IMG/VR virus record: IMGVR_UViG_3300036770_005137
Span: 1-63,273 of that record
Length of the DNA stretch: 63,273 bases
DNA from: a virus
Lineage: Duplodnaviria > Caudoviricetes
Strand: one strand, 5' to 3'
Shown here in pieces: positions 55,504 through 63,273 of the stretch. How positions within the stretch are numbered: the stretch's first letter is position 1; each line of letters opens with the position of its first letter. A program made the translations under genes and the position numbers. The notes under the pieces were generated by a model. That model searched no databases and was not told where the DNA came from. It saw only the letters and a list, made by a program, of their open reading frames with translations.

Positions 55504-57584
55504 ATTCCCCAGCTCCCTTCATCGTCTGTATTTTGTTCTACAGGAGGATTCCTCTTGAATGTATCTATATTTGTAGTGTATTTTCTCCAATGCGAAGCAA
55601 CTTCTTTTTCATCTGTAGCATCATATCTCAGAGGAAATCCTTCTCCCCTTGGACCAATATGTTCTCTTTGTATTGGTTCTGATTTAACTAATTTAGGATC
55701 TAAATTCTCATGATGCGGATATGGTTCAGGAGTAGGCATACGACGCATAATCACATCTTTGGTTGTAAGAGATTGCCAAGCATCTTGACTTGGTATCTCT
55801 GGCATACTGATTACCTTAAGTTCGTGAAACAAAGTAGCCTTGGCTGTTATTCGAGCTTCTTCTGGAGGTGATGCAATCGCCGCAGTAGGGGCTGTTCCTG
55901 CTCCTGGTCCGTTCATATGTATTTGAGGAGCAGTTTCAATTATATTTCCACCTGCTAGTGTTTCGTTACTGCCACCAGAAGTGTTAAAAATATGCCCTCC
56001 TGCCTTTATATCTATATCACCACCTGAACTATGTTTCCAAGTTGAATCGGTATTAATATCCACACTACCATTAACTTTTGTTTTTGAGTAGCCAGTGATA
56101 ATATGATCTAGGTTGTGTCCATTTATATGCCTTATACGCATGTCTTGATTAATAACAACATCTATCCGATCAGGGGTAGGACCGTAAACATCTTTTACCG
56201 GATTTGTTTTACCGCCATCATTGGAGCAAGGATCTCCTGGGTCATCCACCCTGGGGCGGTAAGGGGCAAAATCAGGATCTGCTAGTCCAAGTCCTTGTGA
56301 AAAACTAAATCCTTCAGCTATCCTCCAATCTGATCTACCATCTATATTATGAGTATAATCTGTCTTATAATATTTTTTAACATGATTGTGTACGGTTTGA
56401 CGATATTCTTCGTCGATAGTTTCATCTTTTCTATTTTTAATGTGTATTTTTTGATCACGATCTACTATTAAAACATTATCTTTCATAACATGTGTATGCA
56501 TTTCACCATGAACTTTAACGTTGAAATTTTGAAAAACTTCTAAATTAAAATCTCGATCACATATAAAATTAAAATCTTTCTTTGTCCGTATACTAATACT
56601 ATCATCTGCAAATACGTCGATTTTACCGTCGCTAGTCAATTCTATCCAAGCAGTTCCTCTGCTATTACATATATAGATTAAATCTTCACTATTGTGTAAA
56701 AGTATTTGATGTCCTGTTCTTGTTCTAAATCTCATAAGTTCATTATGAGGTCTGTCTCTTAGACCAAACTCTTTTTCTTCAACATTTTTATAATTCGGAG
56801 GACCATCAGTTGGTAATTTTTCTCTTTCCCATTTATCGTCGCCGTCGTCCATGACAAAACTACTTCCACCAAGACGACTAACAAAATGTGAATTTTCCTC
56901 GCTTTCTGCTTTACCCTGTTTTCCTGTCTTACCTGCCTTATCTGTTGGTCCTGGTGTGCTGATTCCAAATACCATGCTTGGCACTTCCCTACGTGCGCTG
57001 CTGGTTGTGATACCTCTAGTATCATCTTTTAGTAGCCCTTGATCTTCTAAAAACTTAGCAAATGGATGCTCTGGCTTAAGCTTTTTAGTTCCATCTTCAT
57101 TACCTTCATGTATTTTTTTGTTGTATTCAGTTCCTGGAACACGAGTTTTTTCTCTATCAGTTTCTCGACTTTCGTCAGTAATATATTCTGTAGCAGCGAA
57201 ACCCGGAGTGCTGAAATTCATATTCTCTTCAAATATAGGAGCACCTATCCAGTATCCTTTTTTCTCGTCACCATTAAGAAAAATTACTACAACATAACTA
57301 CCTGGGTCTGGAGGAATCATCCAAAAACCATAACTCTTTTGAGTTTCATTATGCGTATCTGGACTATTACCTAAAAAATCGTATTTGGTAACACCATAAA
57401 ACGGGCTGAGATATTTTACAGTTCGTATTTGACCTCCACTTTTTTCGTTACTGCCTACTTCTCTTAGTAATTGAACTTCTAAAACACCGTTGTAGGTCTG
57501 ATCAGCTACACTTACCACTCTTGCCAGGCAAGGTGTCCCATTGGAAGGAATGGAATTAGGTGTGCTGCGATTGTCTTCACTCAT
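55500..57584 (-). CDS. baseplate hub/central spike (gp5/VgrG-like)
   Basis: N-terminal OB-fold-like region (YGFWMIPPDPGSYVVVIF), RTRTGHQILLH and periodic beta-helix-like repeats. Confidence 0.75.
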   Translation of the reverse strand: MSEDNRSTPNSIPSNGTPCLARVVSVADQTYNGVLEVQLLREVGSNEKSGGQIRTVKYLSPFYGVTKYDFLGNSPDTHNETQKSYGFWMIPPDPGSYVVVIFLNGDEKKGYWIGAPIFEENMNFSTPGFAATEYITDESRETDREKTRVPGTEYNKKIHEGNEDGTKKLKPEHPFAKFLEDQGLLKDDTRGITTSSARREVPSMVFGISTPGPTDKAGKTGKQGKAESEENSHFVSRLGGSSFVMDDGDDKWEREKLPTDGPPNYKNVEEKEFGLRDRPHNELMRFRTRTGHQILLHNSEDLIYICNSRGTAWIELTSDGKIDVFADDSISIRTKKDFNFICDRDFNLEVFQNFNVKVHGEMHTHVMKDNVLIVDRDQKIHIKNRKDETIDEEYRQTVHNHVKKYYKTDYTHNIDGRSDWRIAEGFSFSQGLGLADPDFAPYRPRVDDPGDPCSNDGGKTNPVKDVYGPTPDRIDVVINQDMRIRHINGHNLDHIITGYSKTKVNGSVDINTDSTWKHSSGGDIDIKAGGHIFNTSGGSNETLAGGNIIETAPQIHMNGPGAGTAPTAAIASPPEEARITAKATLFHELKVISMPEIPSQDAWQSLTTKDVIMRRMPTPEPYPHHENLDPKLVKSEPIQREHIGPRGEGFPLRYDATDEKEVASHWRKYTTNIDTFKRNPPVEQNTDDEGSWGI

Positions 57585-59926
57585 AAGTTTGTATCTCCAA
57601 GTTCATTTGCGTATTCTTCTTGCTCATATGTTGCTTCTAAAGATCCTTGCCATTCAGGTGCTCCGTTAGACAATCCAATTTCTGCATAATCTGCTTCTTC
57701 TAACTCTACAAGTTTTTCAGGACCATGTTGGTCATCACTTGGACTGTCATTCTTAGACTGGTTAAGCTTACCTTCTGGAACTTTTCTATTATCTTGATCC
57801 GGAACACGTATCAATTGCAGTTCTTGGGTAAACTTACCCTTATTAAACTGACTGGTAATATTTAGAACTTTAAAAAGTCCACTAAACTGAAACTGGCTGT
57901 CTTCTGATCCAAAGTCATACATTCCATCCCATTCTGCATTTTTTCTATTACTAGGATTTTGATCTACCGGTGTTCTGAAATAAACTGCTACATAGACTTC
58001 CCCTTGTTCGTAATCCATTTCTCTGTCAGTGTTAACACTTTGTCTTGTGGTATGTCCTGCTCGATAATTTCCCGTTCCACTACTTACAATATAATAAGGA
58101 TCTCCTAAAATAGTTACATTTAGATTAAGCATATCATAGCCTGTGGTTACAAGATCATGAAACTGTCTTGCTGCTAAGGTTATAGGATCATCAGATTGAA
58201 AAGCTCCTCCTCTATTAGCAGTCTTAGTTTCTGTTTTTTGATAATTAACTTGACTAGGTAATTTATGGCTAGCTGGATCAATACCCGGTGGTGTTTGAGC
58301 ATCTTCTTTTCCTATATGCTCCTGATTTGCTCCTCCTGTAGCTTGTCCTACACCCTGTTGACCTTCGGATAATTTACCTTGATCTGCTGTTAGTGCTTTA
58401 TAAAATCCTGTTTTAAATTCTACTCTTAGATCTAATACATCAAGATTTTGTCCTGTATAGATATAGAAATATTGCTTAACTACTTCACGCCATTTATTCT
58501 CTAAGCCTGGATTTTTTGTATTAGGATTTGTAAATTTTTGTGCATCTACTAAGTATTCTTCAACTCTGTAAACAGTTTTTTTAGGACAAATCCCTGTGTT
58601 AGGATCTTCCGTTCCTTTAAAATAATGCTTTATATCAACACGCCACCATCGAATTTGACCTTGCGGAGTCCAGTTTTTAAGAGCAAACTTAGGATAATCA
58701 CTGGTTAAAATAACTTGATTAATAATATCAGTTATTAGTTGTCCTTGGTCAAATGTAAAAGTTCCATTTAAAGGATTAACCTTCATTTTACCTCGTTTGT
58801 AAACTCCATCTTCATAGACAAAATTATCTGGCGCGAACCCTGTTTCACCCTTATTATAATTATTAAATCCTAAATTCGATTTTCCAATTAAATTTAAGCT
58901 TTCATCATTCCTTGATTCGTCAGGAAATACAATATCAATTTCATCATAAAAAGTTGTTGTCTTTTGTTTAACTCGTTCTTTCAAATATTGATTAACACAA
59001 TGCTTTAGACTTTTTTCACTTTTTCTTAACAATTGCTCAACTGTTTTAGGAACATTGTCATCACATATTAATAAAGCATCATGTTTAATTTGCGTAAATG
59101 TATCACTAAATCCCGATTCGTTATAAGGATATGCTTCACAATCATACACACAGCCTTTATTATTAACATTCATTTGTATTTCACGAATTTTCATAGGAAT
59201 ATACTTTTTACTAACAGTAGATTCTATATTAAGCATATCAGGATCTATGTGACCTGTAAACTTAATTGTTAATAAAATAGGAACATCTGCATAATTTCTA
59301 TATCCTTGTTTTAAAGCAGCCACTTGAAGTGCTTGAAAAAACAATCCCATACTATAAGGCTCGATAATTTGGAACGAAAGACCTAGAGCATTGCTATTTC
59401 CTGTATTCTCATTAAGACCAGCTATGCTATTAATTCTTAAATTTTCTAAATGATAATCTAACTTTCCTGATTGAGTCGCAACGAGATCTTCCTCTTTGGC
59501 TGCACCAGCACTTGCTAAAATAATTTGTCCTAAATCGCCACCCATATAAGAAGCACTATTATATTGCCCTTTACTTAAAACACTTAGAGTAAAATGATAG
59601 TTATAAACACTATAATCAAATAACTCGTTTGGCATTATGCCTTTATCGCCTTCTTTTACTTGAGGTAAAGAAAATCCTTGGCTAGGATTCCTAGTAGTTA
59701 TTGACGAAGAATTAAGATTACTAGATAAAGCATTTAATCCTGGAACTAAATTTGTAGGTAGTCCAAGGTTGGTCTGCCCTAATTGTCCTAGTTGTTTAAT
59801 AGAACTAGCTGCATTGTTGGCTACTGCCGTAAAACCAGAAGTCACCTGACTGGCATTAGATAAAACATTACGTGCTGTATTACCTACAGTAGTAGCAGCA
59901 TCAACTAAACTGTTTAAAAAACTCAT
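57581..59926 (-). CDS. baseplate hub-associated tail protein (gp27/gpD-like)
   Basis: ILGDPYY and C-terminal FSGLFKVLNITSQFNKGKFTQEL; lies between the gp53-like and gp5-like genes. Confidence 0.55.
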   Translation of the reverse strand: MSFLNSLVDAATTVGNTARNVLSNASQVTSGFTAVANNAASSIKQLGQLGQTNLGLPTNLVPGLNALSSNLNSSSITTRNPSQGFSLPQVKEGDKGIMPNELFDYSVYNYHFTLSVLSKGQYNSASYMGGDLGQIILASAGAAKEEDLVATQSGKLDYHLENLRINSIAGLNENTGNSNALGLSFQIIEPYSMGLFFQALQVAALKQGYRNYADVPILLTIKFTGHIDPDMLNIESTVSKKYIPMKIREIQMNVNNKGCVYDCEAYPYNESGFSDTFTQIKHDALLICDDNVPKTVEQLLRKSEKSLKHCVNQYLKERVKQKTTTFYDEIDIVFPDESRNDESLNLIGKSNLGFNNYNKGETGFAPDNFVYEDGVYKRGKMKVNPLNGTFTFDQGQLITDIINQVILTSDYPKFALKNWTPQGQIRWWRVDIKHYFKGTEDPNTGICPKKTVYRVEEYLVDAQKFTNPNTKNPGLENKWREVVKQYFYIYTGQNLDVLDLRVEFKTGFYKALTADQGKLSEGQQGVGQATGGANQEHIGKEDAQTPPGIDPASHKLPSQVNYQKTETKTANRGGAFQSDDPITLAARQFHDLVTTGYDMLNLNVTILGDPYYIVSSGTGNYRAGHTTRQSVNTDREMDYEQGEVYVAVYFRTPVDQNPSNRKNAEWDGMYDFGSEDSQFQFSGLFKVLNITSQFNKGKFTQELQLIRVPDQDNRKVPEGKLNQSKNDSPSDDQHGPEKLVELEEADYAEIGLSNGAPEWQGSLEATYEQEEYANELGDTNL

Positions 59927-60225
59927 TAAATTCCCAAACTTTCTTTTAAATTAGCTAATTTTGGTAGATAAATCCTTGTTCCTGTAGTGAAATCATAAAC
60001 TGGATCAGACAATACGTCCATGTTACGTTGCATGAATACCCACCACAATTTAGGATCATTGTAGACATCGTAGGCTAATAAATCAGGCCTATAGTTATAC
60101 TGGGGCTCGATTTGATACAAGATGTCATCTGGTTCAGCTTTTACAGCCCTAATCCTAAAATAACTTAGGTAATTATTAGTTATGGCGGTATTATGCCAAG
60201 GACTATTGTCTTTATATTCTGCCAT
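59926..60225 (-). CDS. baseplate wedge protein (gp53/LysM-like)
   Basis: YRPDLLAYDVYNDPKLWWVF...GTRIYLP. Confidence 0.8.
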   Translation of the reverse strand: MAEYKDNSPWHNTAITNNYLSYFRIRAVKAEPDDILYQIEPQYNYRPDLLAYDVYNDPKLWWVFMQRNMDVLSDPVYDFTTGTRIYLPKLANLKESLGI

Positions 60226-61274
60226 TATAAGTATCCTGGTTTAGTATCAACATATCCACCTTTAACAAAGGTATCAAGATTAAATGTCCTTGTCTTATTT
60301 CTACTCCATACAGGTTGGCAAACTACTGAAATAGTGCTCTTAACCGGAACATGGGTTTTTCCTCCTGCATTAAACGGAGTCCCACTTCCACCCATAGCAC
60401 CATTTTTCATATTAGCAAGACCATTAACAATACTCATAGCTCCTGCTGCTTTACCTAACGCACTGGCTGCTTTACTAGATCCCATGAACCCTGCAACACC
60501 ACCCATTACACCTAATAGGTTAGCCGTGTTTTCTACTGTTTGATTAGCTCCGCCTGTAGCTGAGCCGAATCCAGATGTAGGACCACTAGCACCAACTGTA
60601 GTAGCAATGTAGGCAACATCTTGAGGCAACTCAACTGTAAAACTTGTTATAATAACCGGTATGTCTTTAAACACATAGTCACCATAACCATTCAAGTAAA
60701 CCATAGGAGGAGGATTGCCAGCATCTTGGCTATCTCCTGTAAACATCTTTGTCACACTACGAAGATAATGAACTGCTGCTATCCAATACTGTGCTTGTAT
60801 AGCATCCTCTACATTGAAAGGTCCCGATATGCTAACACTACTAGCTTGGCTGTTAGTATAACTAAAATAACTGTAATTTTGATGCGTTACAGGAGTATTT
60901 TCATAAGCAGCAGATCCCTGCATCTGAATAGTCGGTGTGTAAGGAAATATAAGTCCTCCAGCATTAATTAATGGAGCTAAAACAGGACTTTGTCTAAAAT
61001 TAGCATTTTGAGGTATACTTAATCTTACTCTCCAATCACTGGATTCTGCATCACCGCCCATGCTGGCTGTGGCCAAAGATTTTTTATAATCTGGGTTGGC
61101 TCCTGGAGAAACATTGATGCTTCGTAAGGCAGAAACCATGGCAGCAGGATTTGATAAATTATTAAGAGCACCGGCTAATTTTCCAGCAGTTCCTAACGCA
61201 CCGGTTATTCCAAGACTATTTGAAACAGAACCTACAGTGTTAAGAACACTACCTACTTTATCGAATAAACCCAT
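60225..61274 (-). CDS. tail tube initiator/baseplate tail-tube junction protein (gp48/gp54-like)
   Basis: FPYTPTI, GNPPP and YGDYVFKDIPVIITSF; first gene of the baseplate block. Confidence 0.6.
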   Translation of the reverse strand: MGLFDKVGSVLNTVGSVSNSLGITGALGTAGKLAGALNNLSNPAAMVSALRSINVSPGANPDYKKSLATASMGGDAESSDWRVRLSIPQNANFRQSPVLAPLINAGGLIFPYTPTIQMQGSAAYENTPVTHQNYSYFSYTNSQASSVSISGPFNVEDAIQAQYWIAAVHYLRSVTKMFTGDSQDAGNPPPMVYLNGYGDYVFKDIPVIITSFTVELPQDVAYIATTVGASGPTSGFGSATGGANQTVENTANLLGVMGGVAGFMGSSKAASALGKAAGAMSIVNGLANMKNGAMGGSGTPFNAGGKTHVPVKSTISVVCQPVWSRNKTRTFNLDTFVKGGYVDTKPGYL

Positions 61275-61290
61275 AGTTGACTCCTTAAAT

Positions 61291-61296
61291 TATTTA
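61291..61296 (-). promoter_or_regulatory. T4-like late promoter motif for the baseplate operon
   Basis: Minus strand TAAATA followed by AAGGAG and the ATG at 61274. Confidence 0.6.
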
Positions 61297-61297
61297 G

Positions 61298-61326
61298 TTG
61301 ACAAAATTAACTGAGTAGTTTATAAT
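61298..61326 (+). promoter_or_regulatory. consensus sigma70 promoter
   Basis: TTGACA (61298-61303), 17 bp, TATAAT (61321-61326). Confidence 0.85.
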
Positions 61327-61343
61327 ATTTGTAAAGGATTATT

Positions 61344-62168
61344 ATGACTAAAATCAACTACTTGAACAATAAAGACTTACTTGACGAAATACATAAGAGC
61401 AAAAACACTTATTGTTCTTTTCTTAAACCAATTTATCATCAATACGACATAATTTTGCCCAGCGTAGAAAAAATCAACATAAGAACCATAGCAGAAGCCA
61501 AGCGTAATCGTGCTAAAAGGCTAGGACAAGAAGAATTTGAACGACGTAAAGCAACAGGAGAAAAGATTAAACAGGCAGATTGTGAAATTGATTACAAAAA
61601 AATCAATAAACAAGATCTGGTATTTCGCGTAATGACATTCGAACATATACCATTAAATGCAACTAGAAAAAAGAATCCTAAAACAGAAGCAGACGGCAGG
61701 GACAAAGTTAACTTTCCACCTTTTCAACATTGGAAATTTAACGAGGAAGATATCCTAACTTGTGTTGGAAAAAGTCATTGGAAGGGCAGTTTAGAACGAG
61801 GCAAGTTCAATAAAGAACATGGACAGATTACAAACAACTTGGCTCGTATGTATATCAAACTATGCGAACGTTATGCTACACGAGGCAATGTGCGTGGATA
61901 TACCTATAACGATGAAATGAAGGGGCAGGCCATTTTACAACTTACACAAATCGGTCTACAGTTTGATGAGTCAAAGTCTAACAACCCGTTTGCCTATTTT
62001 ACTGCGGCAGTGACCAATAGCTTTGTAAGAATTATCAATATAGAAAAACGTAATCAAATTATTCGTGATGACTTATTAGAAATCAATGGCATGAACCCGA
62101 GCTACAGTAGGACAAGTGAAGGCGAACATGCTGCTGCTTTGAAAAGATACGAATATAATGAGGATTGA
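61344..62168 (+). CDS. late transcription sigma factor (T4 gp55-like)
   Basis: NYLNNKDLL, YTYNDEM and FDESKSNNPFAYFT...NSFVRII; synteny with gp47 and gp46. Confidence 0.8.
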   Translation: MTKINYLNNKDLLDEIHKSKNTYCSFLKPIYHQYDIILPSVEKINIRTIAEAKRNRAKRLGQEEFERRKATGEKIKQADCEIDYKKINKQDLVFRVMTFEHIPLNATRKKNPKTEADGRDKVNFPPFQHWKFNEEDILTCVGKSHWKGSLERGKFNKEHGQITNNLARMYIKLCERYATRGNVRGYTYNDEMKGQAILQLTQIGLQFDESKSNNPFAYFTAAVTNSFVRIINIEKRNQIIRDDLLEINGMNPSYSRTSEGEHAAALKRYEYNED

Positions 62169-62193
62169 CTCTGTAATTTATAGATGTTATAAT
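62165..62193 (+). promoter_or_regulatory. sigma70 promoter with extended -10
   Basis: TTGACT (62165-62170), 17 bp, TATAAT (62188-62193) preceded by TG; GGAGG Shine-Dalgarno. Confidence 0.75.
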
Positions 62194-62210
62194 AAGCCAA
62201 CGGAGGCTAG

Positions 62211-63224
62211 ATGAGTAATCTATTCAAAAAAGTAGCACTATTCACAGATATACATTTCGGATTAAAGTCGAACAGTCATACTCATAACCAAGATTGTGAA
62301 GATTTTGTCGATTGGTTTATAGCAACAGCCAAAGAAAACGGTTGTGATACAGGCATGTTTCTTGGAGACTGGCACCATAATCGTAATAGCCTTAATATTA
62401 CTACCATGGACTATAGCCTAAGAGCATTGGAAAAATTGGGTAAGGCATTTGATCAATTTTTCTTTTTCCCTGGTAACCATGATCTGTATTATAAAGACAA
62501 ACGAGACATCCATAGCGTAGAGTTTGGCAAATACATACCCGGAATTAACATTGTCCATAAACCTGTGACTGTGGATAATGTCACAATGTGTCCTTGGTTG
62601 GTCGGAGATGAATGGCGAAACATAGCGAAAAAAGGTGGACAATATATCTTTGGACACTTTGAGCTACCACAATTTATGATGAATGCCATGGTTGCCATGC
62701 CCGATCACGGTGAAATACAATTGGAACACTTTTATCAATACGAACTTGGGTTCAGCGGTCACTTTCATAAACGTCAACAAAAGAAAAACATGATGTATAT
62801 TGGTAATGCTTTTCCTCACAATTATGCTGACACATGGGATGATGAGCGTGGCATGACCATAATGGAGTGGGGCAAGGATCCATATCATATAACATGGCCC
62901 GATCAGCCCACATTCCGTACACTAAAACTAAGTCAACTGTTAGAAGATCCAGATAAAATCATCAAACCTAAACAACATCTACGCATAGGCATTGACATTG
63001 ATATCAGTTATGAAGAAGCAAACTTTGTAAGAGAAAACTTTATGACTAACTATCCTATCAGAGAACTGGCACTAATTCCGGAAAAGAAAGAATTAGACAG
63101 TGCTCCTGACATAGATATACGCCAATTCGAAAGCGTAGACGAGATTGTAGTCAATCAAATCGTTAATATCGACAGCAAAGGCTACGATCCAAAACGATTA
63201 TTAGAAATCTATAACAACTTATGA
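62211..63224 (+). CDS. recombination endonuclease subunit (T4 gp47/Mre11/SbcD-like)
   Basis: Metallophosphoesterase motifs DIHFG, GDWHH, GNHD, GHFE and SGHFH. Confidence 0.92.
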   Translation: MSNLFKKVALFTDIHFGLKSNSHTHNQDCEDFVDWFIATAKENGCDTGMFLGDWHHNRNSLNITTMDYSLRALEKLGKAFDQFFFFPGNHDLYYKDKRDIHSVEFGKYIPGINIVHKPVTVDNVTMCPWLVGDEWRNIAKKGGQYIFGHFELPQFMMNAMVAMPDHGEIQLEHFYQYELGFSGHFHKRQQKKNMMYIGNAFPHNYADTWDDERGMTIMEWGKDPYHITWPDQPTFRTLKLSQLLEDPDKIIKPKQHLRIGIDIDISYEEANFVRENFMTNYPIRELALIPEKKELDSAPDIDIRQFESVDEIVVNQIVNIDSKGYDPKRLLEIYNNL

Positions 63225-63273
63225 TTAGATTAAAAGAACTTACTGTAAAGAATTTTATGAGCGTGGGTAATCA
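63221..63273 (+). CDS. start of recombination ATPase subunit (T4 gp46/Rad50/SbcC-like), truncated by the window edge
   Basis: ATGA overlap with gp47; translates as MIRLKELTVKNFMSVGN. Confidence 0.8.
   Translation, partial: MIRLKELTVKNFMSVGN

Noticed and set aside
1-63273. Alternative genetic code, CRISPR array, tRNAs, diversity-generating retroelement, introns or inteins
   Set aside because: Genes tile densely in the standard code, including a 13 kb ORF. I saw no spaced direct repeats, cloverleaf-sized gaps, reverse transcriptase or homing endonuclease motifs.

Overview
This window is a 63 kb segment of a large, AT-rich, T4-like (contractile-tail) bacteriophage genome read in the standard genetic code. 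It has four parts. (1) 1-3612 (+): the end of a probable AAA ATPase, a metallopeptidase/VWA protein, four hypothetical proteins and ThyX. (2) 3584-30730 (-): a roughly 27 kb block of 32 tightly coupled biosynthetic genes. These include seven radical SAM enzymes plus a detached Fe-S domain, about six glycosyltransferase-like proteins, three SGNH-like proteins, three methyltransferases, a PP-loop ATPase, an SDR and a sugar-activation/remodelling module. (3) 30794-61274 (-): tail fibre and baseplate genes, including a 4417-aa protein and gp6-, gp25-, gp5-, gp53- and gp48/54-like genes. (4) 61344-63273 (+): a gp55-like late sigma factor, gp47 and the start of gp46. The standout is the radical SAM/glycosylation cluster joined directly to the tail-fibre operon. 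I infer that it is a phage-encoded pathway for building and attaching an unusual glycan or other modification, most plausibly to virion proteins. All family calls come from motif recognition by eye; no database searches were run. I saw no tRNA, rRNA, CRISPR array or transposase.
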